Of a stretch of 64,000 bases of DNA, positions 12,660 to 26,023 are shown in pieces. The notes under the pieces were generated by a model. It searched no databases, was not told the DNA's origin, and saw only the letters and a program-made list of their open reading frames with translations. Made by a program: the position numbers and the translations under genes. How positions within the stretch are numbered: position 1 is the stretch's first letter; every line of letters begins with the position of its first letter. Location of the stretch: assembly GCA_964199315.1 (NCBI GenBank), contig OZ116699.1, positions 2,046,001-2,110,000 on the forward strand, given 5' to 3'. The stretch is from Orbicella franksi (lineage: Eukaryota).

Positions 12660-13175
12660 TTAATGAAAGTATGCGTGACTGACTTGCTTGGCTCTTAGTC
12701 GATATGATTGATAACACTTTTCATGAAAAGACTGAGCACATTCAGAGCAGAAAAAGTTAGATTCACACTTACATGCAACGCATATTATCGCACATTTAGT
12801 TCCAATATGTTTTCCAAAGATATCTCTATCTACTTTGTTGGCGTAAATCACGGTTTGTTTGCGTGCGTGCGGATATTGTATTTGTGGGCTTGTACCCTAA
12901 GGGTAGTGAATCTCATTTTGTGTACGTACACCAGAGAGAGAAGAGTGTGGGTTATTGAATCTTACTTGTCATCTTGTTCCATTTTCAGAAAAGGTACACA
13001 TTAACGCCATCCCCATTTTTTATTTTGGCTGTAAACAGTGCACATTTACTTTGTTATATATGCTGTTTGCACACTTTCAGGACATTTTCACCATTCCATA
13101 GCACGTCACAACATATATTGTCTTTTTGTCGGAATTTTATTATCATCTTGGCTAACCAAGCATTAAGCAACGAGT
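12660..13175 (-). mobile_element. piggyBac-like transposase relic (C-terminal cysteine-rich domain)
   Basis: CVACKCESNFFCSECAQSFHEKCYQSY fits the CxxC..CxxC..HxxC C-terminal domain of piggyBac/PGBD proteins. An upstream broken frame contains LLNAWL. TIRs not located. Confidence 0.55.
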
Positions 13176-13355
13176 GGACTTCCTTTGATAAAAATAACAA
13201 TACCCGTCAAGCCAGTGCTACAAATGCTAATAGGCTTTCCGCGTTGTTATGTAGGATATTGTGTAGGGATTTGGTGGTTGTTACAATATTTGGAAGAGTG
13301 TCGTTTTTAAGCGCTTGTTCCGTAAAACTTGCTGGATGATCAAAGTGCCTTGGCC

Positions 13356-16300
13356 ATGGAGAATCGAACTGTGAAAGAGGCATCTGTTGAGGGAGTCCAG
13401 CGACGGACCCACCCCAAGAAACATTTTGTAAGTCTGTCACATCGACGCAATGCGTAGATGATTATTTCTTGCTAGAGAAATGGCTTGTTTTTACTTAACA
13501 AGTAATTTAAAAAATAGATAAGTAAAGAGCCTTTCTTTTTCTTGTCGAATGTCAACCGTTTGGATGGGAAACAAGACGGGAACTACCACTATTCGCGTAC
13601 AGATTATTTCTGGGTTCGGTTGCTTCACAAAGATCCGTAGTAGCAGTTGTTACGATCTCTGCTATGCATGGTATTTGCTTTTTCAACATGGACACAAGTA
13701 ATACACGAAAAATTCACATATGCAAATAATGTATTACTGTTCCTTAACAAAAGATAATGAGATAGCTAAACGAACAAAATGGACCCCTAACTGTAATTTC
13801 TTTAGTTAAAAATTCTTGCGATGGTCGGTCGCTTAAGGCTAGTGAACGCTAACGCACGTAGAATTGCGTGGTAGCTTCTAATGTTAATTTCTGGTCTTGC
13901 TTAGTCGAATTATTCAGGGAAAATTACGTATGTCTTTCAATTACAGAAACTTCTATCAGAATGTCCGTCAATTTTGGATTTTAACAGGCTTTTATAGCGA
14001 TAAAAAACAATATTTTAAACATATGAAGGCTCTCACTTGTAAGAGGTAAATATGTAAACATACGTGTGGTATGAAATCGTGTTTCCGGATTTAAAGTATA
14101 CATACTTCAGCGAATCTATCGGTATTACTAGCACTAGAATAACACTACCCACCGAATTCCATAACTCTAAAAAGCAAAGTCAAAGAACTTGCTAGGTTTA
14201 GGAACTTCTGGGAAAAATGTCAAATAAAAAATAATAATAATAAAAAACATTTCTTGAAACTCGATTTATTTATTTATCCTAAGACCCCTATTTACTGTAT
14301 TTGTGTCAACGGGGTTAAGTTGTAGTAAGATTTCTTGCAGTTATGATTCTTTAGATTTTGTAATTTATTTAATGGCTATTTTATTGAGGCCGTTTGCCTT
14401 TCATTTTGTGCAGATGTTTTGCATCAAGGTTTCATGGTCCGATGGCACTGTGAATCTAGTTTACAGGAGATACAGCGAGTTTCTACATCTACAGGTATGT
14501 AGACAAAATCATTGTGATATTCCTGAATTACATCCCATGATAACAAGGAAACTAAAATTTAAAATGATTGTCAAATGATTGTCAATCAATTATGGCGACG
14601 CACGAAGGAAAAAAACACTGATGTCAAATCTGTAAGACAAGGAATGTTTTTATCACACTGGATATCCTTAATGGTAGACTTGGTAGCCCTATTCATTTCC
14701 GCGCAAAATGTTGCAAAGAGTGCTTATGTATCGTTTTTGATAGAGAAGTTCCGGGAAAAACCCCTTCATCAATCGCAAATGATAGGCGAAAGTGTCTTAT
14801 GGTGTAGGTGCGCCTGAAAATGCTACACGTGCGCGTGCGGTTTTTTATTGAAACAGTCTGTTTCTTTTATTTTGGACAGAAAACGTAGTTAAGAAACCTC
14901 TGCTTTTAAGTTCTCATTAACCATAGTTTTGTGTATAAGAAGTTTTGAATTTATTTTCCTTTTTATCGCGAAGTCAAATACGCAAATTTTTAAAAATTAA
15001 TACATTTCGTTTATTTGACAATAACTTTAGTAAGCTTAAAATCAGAGGAAAGGAACCACCCGAATACAGCCGTTTTTTCTGCGCAGCAAAACCGTGGAGG
15101 GAGATCCCAGTAAATGTATCTAGGCCCGAAATTTAGTTCTTGCCATGCATAAATTATCGATCAACTTCAATCTGCTCACTAGAATAAGTTCTCACGGTTC
15201 AGAAGGCATTACCGCCTTATTGCTCGCCCCATCATGTGATAATTGATGCTGTGTTGTTTCATTTAAGCAAATGGCTGTAATACTGGTGCATAGTTTTCAC
15301 ATCAAGTGTATTTTGCACGTTTAGTAAAAACGAGCCATTTTGTTTTTCTGTTATAAAATGTGCATTCTGCTTTCCTTGCATTAGAACTTGATTTTTTTCT
15401 TTTGCTCCAAATTAAGTTAACACATTTAATTCAAATTAGCAAGCATAGGTTATGAATGTTTGCTGCACTGATTTGTTGTGATCACGGGCTCCAAAGAGTG
15501 AAGATCTTTTTTTATTTCCCTCTCAAAACCTGACTACACAAAGACAAATGTTAACAAAACCTTGAAAACCTTTTTCTCGTCATGTGCTAACTGGTACCTA
15601 TTCCGGAGACTAGCTTTTATCCGAAACGAACATCCACATCAGTTTGATATATTTGGTAACAGCCTGAACTAAAATAATGAATATATCTGACTGGTAAAAT
15701 AATGTTGTTGTGTCTGTAAATTCCCAAAACTTACACTGCAAGAGATGTATAGAAGTCATTAAAGAGAAAGGAAACTTCTATCTTCTAGATTACCCGAGGC
15801 ATGCATGAATCTTTGCACGTCTGAATCAAAACACCCAAAATGTTAAACACGTTCAAATCCGAGACATTTTGCACCAGGAAGAATCGAGGGCATTGTTTCT
15901 GAAATGCTCCCCTGTCGGTTTATTTAAATCAACTTTGCATTAATACATTAAAAACACAGAATTGCTCAATAAACGCTATTCTGAGACATGTCGGCGTTAT
16001 TTCGTCGCCATTGTCAAATGCAAATTTGTAAGTCTTACGTTTTGCGTTTGATAATTGCAACAAAATGACGCCCAAACGTCATGAACCAACGTTTGTATTT
16101 CTTTTAAAATGTTTTTATATGTACCCTTTGCATTTATACTTTTAAACAATTAGTAAGCTCAGCTCATACACCCTGCTGTTTCGTAGGATAGTTTTATTAA
16201 TAAACATTCCAATGACCAATTGTCTTGCCCGTCGAGGGCTGTTTTACATAACTATCAAATTCTAATTATAACTTTGTATAAGCTAATAAGGAACAGTGTA

Positions 16301-19300
16301 AGCCACGCTAGTCCGTGAATCACGTTTTGACTGGCCATCTCGATTACAAGACAGCAATACCCTTTGTTCTAAGTTTTGTAAACTTGTTCAGCGGCGCGTA
16401 ACAGGCTTCATGAAAAACAAAAAAAAAATACCATCTATTATCTCAAATCAAGGAACATTTAAATTTAGATCGATCACACGGTTAACGAGGGGGTGTGTGA
16501 GGGGCATCAAGAGGGGTGGGGGCAATTAAAAAAACAGCCTGAATTGCCACTGGAAAAGAGAAATATACTGTCAAAGTCTGTTTTAATGTGAGGATCATTC
16601 CGAAAAAATTGTATTGATTGTACAATAGGCTGCTTTGCTCTGAGCCCCTCACCCTCACACATATTAAGCAATGTGTGATAAATAGACCTGGTTTATGGCT
16701 AAAACGTGATTTACACTTCTAACACGTGCGATCTATAAACCATTATAATTTATATGCTGCCACTGTGAAATCTTATGAATTTTTGTACTTTCAATGAATT
16801 TTATTAAATTTTTTTGCAGTCACTTTACTTCTTTAGATATTTTTTTGACCAGTTTTGACTATTTCTAATCATTTTTGGTGGAATTTCGCTTTATAAAAAC
16901 AATTAAGTTCGAGAAGGCGGCTGCTGATAAATAATGGCGTAATTTATTCGTTAAATGACGTCATCGTTTCTTGTTATACACACACCCACACCTTGGAGGG
17001 AAATATTTTTAGATGTGTCACAAATCATCCAAGTATTACCGCCATAGCTGTAAAGGATAGGAAAGTATCACTTAAATCAACTTGCTACAAGTACTTAAAA
17101 ATATGAAATATGAAAAGAATCAAAAACTCGTTCGCGTAATATCATATGTGACAAATTACTCCTTAATAGACCGTTTTCGTATTCTCGGTATCGAACTGAA
17201 ACTAGCTTGCAACTGAGACTAATGCGGGGAGTCTTTTCAACTGCAAATGACCTTGATCTCTTTTTAATGACATTTCCCCGCATGAGTCTCCATACAGAGA
17301 ATACCAAAATGGTCTATTCTGGAGCGAAATTACAGCGCTAATTTATAAATTTACGTGTGAAATTACAAATTTTCCATGGCAACCGGTTTGGCACGAGATT
17401 TCTCGATGCAATAAACAAGTCAAAACCCCAGATTGTAAGAGCAGTTTTTCACTCACGATATTAAAAGGTAATCAAATGGCATTCTTGTGAGCGTTTCTAC
17501 AAATATCACGTAAAACCGCCTAAATGTCTTTCCGGAAATTCTCAAAAAAAAAGTCGAAATATCACAATTTTTTTCTTAAATATCTCGAAAAACCCTCTAA
17601 ATATCTCGTATTTTTTTTTGGTAAAAATACACTGAATTTGAGTCACGTAGGCCAAAATTTTCAAAAATGTTCTTGCAGTAGTCGGAGTTGAGGAAGAAGA
17701 TTCAGGCATGTCGATGTTATCAACATCCGCCATTTTGGAAAATTGCTGCTTTAGCGCTTTTAGTGATATGAAATACATCTTTTTGAGTGGGAAATCGTTG
17801 AGCTGGATTGTTTCTGGCATAGAACTAAGTATTGTTTCAAGAAAATAGCAAGGAAAACGCAGGGCTAGGCCAAAAACAGCTATAAATATTTCTAAATGTC
17901 TGGTTAAATTTTCTAAATATCTTAATATTTTCTACATATCTCGCAAACTTCTAAAGATCCCAAGAAATATCCCCATATTTGTGGAAGCGGGCCTACATAC
18001 TCGTGAAATAAGGAAATAATTTCATTAAGCTTTGTCAAAATTCTAATAATTTCCGTCGCCTGAAGGCTCAGGAAATTATAAGAAATTATTTCCTTATCTC
18101 ACTCGACCATCGGATCACCCATACTAATACAGACTGTTTGCGTTAGTAACTGTGAAGTGTTGTGGTAACTACTTCACCTTTACGTCATTGGTCTATAATT
18201 GCCGAAACCCTTTAGCTGAAGGAAATGGAAACTCGATATAATTGAAACTGGTATTTTTATAACTGAAACGTCAAAGGTTACCTAGGAGTATAGTATTAAT
18301 TCATTTCCTTTTATTAAACACGTCCGTGATTGAAACGTGACGATGCCACAAATTTCCTTTTGAGATAAAATTAACATTTTCCTGTCTAGTAAATTTCATA
18401 ACAAAAATACAAGTACCCCTCGACTTTACTGCAAATCATGATAAGCGGTGTATTCTAAGAAAGTTTAGCCATAACTTGAATATGTGTCTACAGACATTGG
18501 TCTGGTAGACTAACAAATACTGAAGTAGCTGATCATGCCAATTCAGCTATGGGCCATAAAAGGTCGGTAGGGAACTTCTTTGGTGTTTTTAACTTCCCAT
18601 CAATTGAAATCAACAGTTGTATACTTTTTGCTATTGTTATTTTAGCGGTGTTTCCTAATAAATGCGTCATAAAACTGACAGCAGAATTTTATTTTTCCTC
18701 TCTAACTAAAATAATGCATAATTTTGAACGAGTGTGTTGAGATAAATAATAATAATAATAATAATAATAAACTTTATTGCGTACCTTTTCATACAAACTT
18801 GAATGTTACATGTATCTAGTAAAAAAATTCAAAATTCTGGTGTTCCTTAATTTTTTCCCTAAAATAATTCTTGTAAAACAATTTCAATAGCCTACCTACA
18901 TAATTATACTCTGTAAGCATTTACAACCATTATAAGTGGCTATGCACACAAGTGAAGGTAAATAATAATAATTAGTATATAGCACACAAGTGAATAGTGC
19001 TTTTCGCGCGCTCTGATTGGTTAACTCGGAGGTGATTAGCAAGTACTACTCACCTCCGAGCGGCCGGCGCGAGAGATTTTAAATTTCCGATCGCTTGTCA
19101 CACATAAAATAACGGTTTGGTCCGCTAATTATTCAGCTTGTGTGGTATATACTAAAACAATTATTCACCTCAGTGTCGGTGAAAGTGATGACCACCACTA
19201 TTCACCTCCACTTCGGTAAATAATTGTTAATTATTATTATGAAATAAAACTCGAATCTTACATTTATATGGTAAAAAAAAAAAAAAAAACCCAGAAATTC

Positions 19301-22300
19301 TATTGTTCCTTAATTTTTTTCCCCTAAAATAATTCCTGTAAAAGTTGCAATAGCCTACCTACATAATTACACTCTGTAAGCATTGAATTGAAAAGGCTCG
19401 ATTTGTTCAAATGATATGAATATTTGAATTATCAATTTTCAACCACTTTTGTTACTATTTTTAGGAGTTGTGCAAATTTCAAGATGCGATATCTTTTAAC
19501 TTAAAAATGCTTTGAAAATACCTAATGGATTAGAATTGTGTATCATGTGGTAAAGTTTGAGCTCCACTGGATTAAAAACACAAAAGTAATGACTAATATC
19601 CCTTTTTAGCTAACAGCTGAACCAGCTCAATAAATAACTTTCTCACGTTGTAGAACATTTGGAATTTAAAATAGCAGAATCTCCTGGAATACGTTGCTTT
19701 TTTGCTTTTAAAAGAGAATGTATGAGTCCACAATGTAACCAGCTCCCAGTTGGCTTGATAGCTCAGTTGGTAGAGCACTGTACCCGTATCGCAAAAGTCG
19801 TGGGTTCGAATCCCGTTCAGGCCTGATTTTGTATTTTCAGGCTTTAATTTCACAACTGCTTAAGTTGTGTGTATAACTGCGATGATCATGATCAATCATA
19901 TCTTCATTTTTTGCTTTTGTAACTTTTCTTTTTGTTTTCTTTGTTCCTGCTTTCAGACAATTTTATTCCAGGCATTCCCTGGCTCGCTTGGCAGGCCGGG
20001 TACCAAACGAAAGTTCATTACACCCCTTCCTGGTGAGTCACTTGTTCTGCTTAACTGTACTATACTTAAATTTATTTATTTTTTGCCAAGATTTTGCTCT
20101 AGAATGTGATTTCTAACATAAAAAAGATAAATGTAGAGAGGTGAGGTAATAAATTTTGATTTGGATGCTTTTTTTTTTCCAGATTCGCTTGCAACACGCA
20201 TGAATGTTGGTGAAACAATATTCAGAAGAATGGAACAGGTCAACTTTTTTCTTAAGGTTAGTTTCTTAGCTATTCGTGGATAGATAGGCTAAAATGCAAT
20301 ACAATTGCGATAGACTAAAATTCAATAAGACGGAATGAAAATACTAAAATCACTTCATACCAATTCAGGAGTCGATCGGTTTGAGTTTTATAAACTTCAC
20401 CACACAATCCTAAGTCTTAGATTTGGTGGACGAAAGTGGTATGAGCACGAGAACACGCTCTCGAGGGATTTGCGCTCCATCTGTGGCTCTTCCTTTTGGC
20501 ATATTTTCACATCGACAAAAGTTAACAGCCCGTAAATTGTTTAGGATATTATAGCTCAAGGAATAATCTCGGCTGCTGCAGCTGTGTCTTTTGTTAGTAT
20601 TCTAGATCAGAACAATACCATTTAGCGATTCTCTCTTTACAGGAAATTTTGTCTCTTGAGCACAAGGTTTCACAGTCACAACACATCAGGCGGTTTTTGA
20701 CTCCAACGCAAGAGGACTTAGAACCGTTACAAGTGCCAAAGTAAGAGCAAAACACAACACAACTTATCATATTATAAATACGTCTTGGTGATCCACGATA
20801 TGGTATTACCATTTTTTACTAACATAAGAGTAACCAGAAAATATTTCCATAACTAAAACCAGTTGGTTCTCTATCCTGCTCGAAATGGAATTTGGAGTTG
20901 TTGGTTTTTTTTGGAGGGAGGAAAACCGGAGAACCAAAAGAAAAAGCCTCAGAGCAAGGCGAAGAACCAACAGCAAACTCGGCCCGACCGGGCCACATTG
21001 CGCCAACCCTGCTCCCCAGAACAATTTGTTTTACAACATGGCAACTAAATTTACGGAACCATTAGTTCAGGGAGAAGGTCACATAATCCCATAGTTAACT
21101 CGAAATTATCCGGCAATAACTAACGCCGTTTCTTGAGCGTTGAATAAGACAACCTGGGGACTTTCAAACGATAACATCGAAATTTTCGATATCGTTCGAA
21201 ATGTTGTGAAGTCCTGTCTTTGGGTAAATTTCTTCTTGAGACTGACGATTTTAAACTTGAACTACTGATGGCATAATAAGCAACTAACTTAACTTGGTAA
21301 AATGCAGGAAACTAAAGATTAAATTTTCCACTCAGGAGGGTACGATTTAAGAAGAGAAATGGCAGACGAAGAAGTAGTAACTTTACACAGACGGTGAGAA
21401 AGCTGAAGTTTGGAAAGACCAGAGTATGTAAGTAATGGCGAGACGTTGCTGCTAATTAGAATCACATCATACCTTGCAATCGAAGTTCTACATTTTGCTA
21501 CAATGATGTGGGTCAATGCACTTGTAAGTAAATGAACTGTCCCGGTTTTTTATATACTGCGTATTAGCAAAATAGAATTTATATAAAGTCTCTTAAAGTA
21601 TCAAAACTAGCTAATACTCTAGAAACTTTACACCGAGTGACAGATCGATATCCAGAGGTTTTCTTAATTTAGCTTACTTAAATTTATTCTCTTTTATAGT
21701 TGGTAACAAAATAAGTTCACCAATAGTACTAGAACACTTTGTGGTTATGGACGATTACAACAAGCAGGCTAAAAGTGATATTAACTTGAAGAAAGGGCGA
21801 ACTGTTGACGTTATCGAAAAGAGAGAATGCGGTAAGTGTAAAAAGATTAAGTTTGACCTCAAAACGGTTTCCTGTTGCTAAGCAATGCCGATTATTCAGA
21901 AGCAAACTTCGCGAAATGAAGAGGAACACACTTTGAACTGAAACTGCTTTTAGAAAATCGACACCCTCACCCGAGTTAAACGAGTAAACGTTCGTCTGTT
22001 TTTGCGCGTTTAATCCTTTTCCCGCACGAGAGGTGTCTAAGATTCGACCCAGAAACTTCCAAACTGATGACGGTTACAACTATAAACGATAACAACTAAT
22101 TGGGGATGCTATCGAAACATTTCATGACGTGCCTAACTAAAACCATATTACAGGTTGGTGGCTGGTTGAGTGTGACGGGGAAGTGGGCTGGGCTCCAGCT
22201 TTGTATCTTGAGCCCGCTGACGAGATGGCAGATGCTTCTAATGCACAGAAATTCGCTGTTGGTAGAGGTAGGATTGTAAACTTTCCTTTGTTTGAATTAC

Positions 22301-25300
22301 GTATACCAGCCGGTTTTAAGCTATGGTTAACAACTGTTGGGTTTCGACGCCATGATTATCATGTCCATTGCTAATTATTGTTCTGTTATGCAGGTGAGAT
22401 CTATGTCACATCTAAACGTTACGTTGCTGTTGAGGGAGACGAATTGAGCTTTGAAATCGGAGTCAACCTGCAGATTTTGGAAAAAAACTATGATGGATGG
22501 TGGAAAGCCTCGTGAGTATCTGAAGTTATGTGATCTAAAGTAAAGATCGCTATGATATGATATCAAATTGCACACATCGATTGCAAAAATTATCTTTACA
22601 AGTCATATTTGTGTTATCACCCCCAAAATGGTCAGGTTATGCTTAAGATTGATAACATAAGCTTTTAATTTTCTATGCAAATGCGTAGTAAGTGTCTAAA
22701 GTGAATAAAGCGTTGCTGTTGGGATTCACTGAACAGCTTACATGGACTACTCATTCATGTAAGGTTTCATCTTCACACACTCCAACTGTTTTAATGTAGT
22801 ACCAGACTACTTCATCTGGGGCTGATACTGTAAAAGGGTAAATAAGGAAAATCTCGAGTGATGATTACATCATCATGACGACGACGAAAATGATGATGAT
22901 GATGATGATGATGACGATCTTGTTAGCGGTGACCACGGGTCAAAGGTGTAAGTCTCATTCCAACCGTCTATGGTCATAAGGCGGGATACCTCTTAAACTG
23001 CCTTGTTCGCTTTTGTGTCAATTTTCCGCCACGTTTTTGGCTAATTATGATTTTTAATTTTGCGCTCAGATATCTTGGGAAAGAAGGCTTGGTACCTGCT
23101 ATGTACTTGAAAAAGTTGGGAAATGATAGAAGGAAATCATTGGGAGGAAGAAGGAAATCAAGACTTTTTTCTTCAAATGAACTCAGGGGGGAAAGTGACG
23201 ATGACGATGAAGTTATTTCAGGTAAGAAGCGAGGCAGTTACTGCGTTGTTTGGTATTGCTAGAAATGACGCACCTATTATATCATAAAGAGACTTAAGCC
23301 AAAACTATTCTAATCTTGCTACAAAATCGACAAAAATTAAATCGCTCTAAGACCTCAAGTGGGCTAAACTTATGAAAGTACTAATGACTGGTAAAACCTC
23401 GAGTAGAGACGGAGAGGGAATGCTGGACCCCTTAAGATATCAATAAAAAAGATATACACAAAGAGCTGCAGGAACGTAAATTACAGCAAAAACCATTTCA
23501 TCGAAATATTTCACCTACAAAGAAATTTTTTCATCTCTGATCGATCCAATTACTACCTTAATAGGTAGAAATAAGAACTTTCTGTCCTGAACTCCCAAAG
23601 TGGCACCAAAATCTAGGAATTAAACCCCAAGAAAGGCTAAACACGTTCCAGTCCGTTTCATGTTGGCGACCTCCCCAGAGATACAAGAGACCGTCCAAGG
23701 GATTTTGCTGTATTCATGACCTGAGTGTAGATTGTCTGACAGATCAATCACCTAAATCACGAACTGATCTTGATATTATAGTGTTTTTTAAACATATAAT
23801 GACCTTTTGTCTCAAGGTTTGTAACTGCCAGTCGTCATATCCTAATTTAAAATATCTACACCTCGGCGAGCTGTTTCTACCAGCTACCTCCGACAACCAC
23901 TTGTGGAGTTCCCTAGAATTCTATCAACTATTTCTCATTATTAAAGAAAATAAAATGATAATTTACGTTTATTCTTACAGAAATACCTGAAGAAGAGAAA
24001 GACGAAAATAACAAGGTGAGACTGCTGGCTGACTAAATATTTGGATAGGGCCAATAACAAAATTTAAATGTTATAAAATTTAAATGTTAGTTACATGATG
24101 GAAGCTACCTAATTATTTTACTTCAAATGGAAGAAAATCTAAGACACTTTCATGTATGGTGGTTAATCGGAGTGTCCTGGTGTTGTATTCAAAACTAGTA
24201 ACATTTTCAATTTTTTTTAGGATCGGAAGACGTCTATGCCGAAAAAGATTTCACAACAAATGATGTCAGCAATCGGTAGAAAGACCTCCAAAGAGGCGGA
24301 GACTTTCCAAGATGCTGTAGATGGTGGCAGCGACAGTATATCCAAAGGTGACCGTAGAACTATAGACACAATGGTTGAAATGAGTACCGAGTTCTTACAG
24401 TTGCGAAAGAAAGACTCGAATCCAAAGCCGGACCCAGGAATCCCAGAAAAATCCCAAACGCTGCCAGCAACGAGGAGCCCAAGACCCACCCTACAGCGTA
24501 AAGCCATCAGCACACTGGCGGCTTATTCCTTTGGTCTTGGATCATCAGGAGAGGGCGTTAAAGAAGGTTCTAAGGACGACATGTCCCTGGGGATTCCACG
24601 AAGTCGAAGTATGGATTCAGTGCCTACCTCCCATTTGAAGCAGAACGTCAACAAGCAGTTGGATTCAAAATGGAAGCCTGAAACCAAGAATGCGTTATCG
24701 TCATCGCTCAAATGCGTCAATGAGATTCCTGAACCAGATCGAGATAAAGGCGAAAACGATAAAACAGATTCAGGCCCTCAGTCAACAAACGTGCTCAACG
24801 ATCTTTCCCTCACCAACTCAAATTCGACTTCAGAGAACGAGAAGGACTCCGTTAGTTTGAAAAACGAAGGAGATAATGACTTAAATGACATAGACACATG
24901 TGACATAAGATCCGAAAGCACTTCATCTACAGAGCTTACCCAAAGTCCAGAAGTGTGCGAGCAGCCAATTGACCTATCGAGGTATTTTCAGACAATTTCA
25001 CTGGGTGGCGACTCACCCCGACTTCATTCACCAAACAGAGTCCCTCCTGTACCTTCCTTGATACCTCAGAGCTTACATAGTGACCCACCGAGGTCTCCAG
25101 CGCCTAGCAGGATTGCTCCCGTGCCCAGTGGTATCAGTACTTTTCCCAAAAGAGCAGATGCCGCATTCAAACCACAGGGAACCCACAGAAATCCGCAGTC
25201 AATCGACCGAAAAATTATCCGGCAGGCATCGTTTGAAAAAGAAACAGCTGTGGAACTTAATGAAGAAATTCAATATTGGAGCTCAAGTGAAGAATCAGAA

Positions 25301-25380
25301 CCTGAGTTGTTGCAGTTGTCTGTTAACAGCAAAGGTTCGCCCGCTATCGTGGTTGATAACGCAGAGGAGAGTTCTACAGA

Positions 25381-25416
<36 letters not shown>

Positions 25417-26023
25417 GGAAGAGGAAGAAGAAGAAGAGGGAGAGGAAGAAATGGATAAGCATCCCAATGGAACCCAAGATCTCAATCTTAAAAGTAGCAT
25501 CAACTCTACTGAAAGCCTAAAAATTCAGATAGGAACCCCGTCAATTGAAGATGAAAACTCCAATGACATCTATTGCGCATTTGAAGCGTGTGAAATTGAC
25601 AGCGAAATGAACCTATCCAAAGGTGACTACGTGCAAGTTTTAGAGAAAGCATCAACCGGATGGTGGCTGGTAAAGAACGAGGCAGGTCTGAAAGGTTGGG
25701 CCCCGTCTAACTCTCTCTGCCCTGCGCCCCAAGCCCATGGGAATACAGAATGCCCTGTCTTACCAGAGGAAGGAGTATGTGTCATCGAGAAGGAGTGTAA
25801 GCCCCAGATGTCATGCCGTGTTATTGAGGATTACAAGGGTGATCCATACAACCAAGAAATAGATCTCCGCAAGGGAGAGTTTGCGCATATTTTGCACAAG
25901 AGCGAAAGCGGATGGTGGTGTGTACAGGATGAAGACGGGGAGATAGGATGGGCTCCTTCAAACTACCTGGAAGTGTTCGAAGATGAGAATGCTCATAAAT
26001 ACGTAAATCATGTTGGACATTGA
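13356..26023 (+). CDS. SH3PXD2-like: Gene 2: complete PX + 4 SH3 adaptor (Tks4/SH3PXD2B-like architecture; p47phox family), ~948 aa
   Basis: Exons 13356-13427 (MENRTVKEASVEGVQRRTHPKKHF), 14414-14494 (MFCIKVSWSDGTVNLVYRRYSEFLHLQ), 19957-20032, 20183-20256, 20643-20740, 21336-21427, 21700-21831, 22154-22267, 22394-22511, 23070-23221, 23981-24015, 24221-26023. Sum 2847 nt, open to the stop. PX RRYSEF motif. SH3B GEIYVTSKRYVAVEGDELSF resembles p47phox GEPYVAIKAYTAVEGDEVS. Two C-terminal SH3s in the last exon. The 72/81/76-nt first exons match the exon sizes I recall for NCF1/SH3PXD2. Confidence 0.9.
17165..17318. mobile_element. Short MITE-like element
   Basis: Inverted termini AATAGACCGTTTTCGTATTCTC / GAGAATACCAAAATGGTCTATT. 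Confidence 0.7.
18831..19384. repeat. ~90-bp direct repeat pair (about 18831-18921 and 19294-19384) enclosing an inverted-repeat element (about 18970-19233)
   Basis: TGTTCCTTAATTTTTTCCC...TAGCCTACCTACATAATTA..CTCTGTAAGCATT occurs twice. Between the copies, TTAGTATATAGCACACAAGTGAATA pairs with TATTCAGCTTGTGTGGTATATACTAA. Confidence 0.7.
19720..19905 (+). mobile_element. tRNA-derived SINE / pseudo-tRNA (tRNA-like part 19752-19823)
   Basis: GGCTTGA..TCAGGCC acceptor stem, GCTCAGTTGGTAGAGC D-arm (A box) and GGTTCGAATCC T-loop (B box). The anticodon stem is mispaired and a non-tRNA tail follows (TTTCAGGCTTTAATTTCACAACTGC...). Confidence 0.75.
20862..21017 (-). mobile_element. Internally deleted SINE-like repeat
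   Basis: GAGGGAGGAAAACCGGAGAAC...GAGCAAGGCGAAGAACCAACAGCAAACTC...GGGCCACATTGCGCCAACCCTGCTCCC, recalled as a common coral tRNA-derived repeat with most of the tRNA head missing. The family assignment is from memory. Confidence 0.55.
22889..22915. repeat. (GAT)n microsatellite in a gene 2 intron
   Basis: atgatgatgatgatgatgatgatgacg read directly. Confidence 0.85.
25378..25450 (+). repeat. Coding GAA/GAG repeat encoding a ~20-residue poly-Glu tract in gene 2
   Basis: [27 protein letters not shown] in the last exon of gene 2. Confidence 0.9.

Noticed and set aside
19752-19823. Functional tRNA gene (Thr-like)
   Set aside because: The anticodon stem is mispaired and the sequence is embedded in a longer repeat with a SINE-like tail. 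It is treated as a SINE or pseudo-tRNA.
25080-25520. Poly-Lys and poly-Ser ORFs
   Set aside because: They are alternative frames of the GAA repeat that encodes poly-Glu in gene 2.
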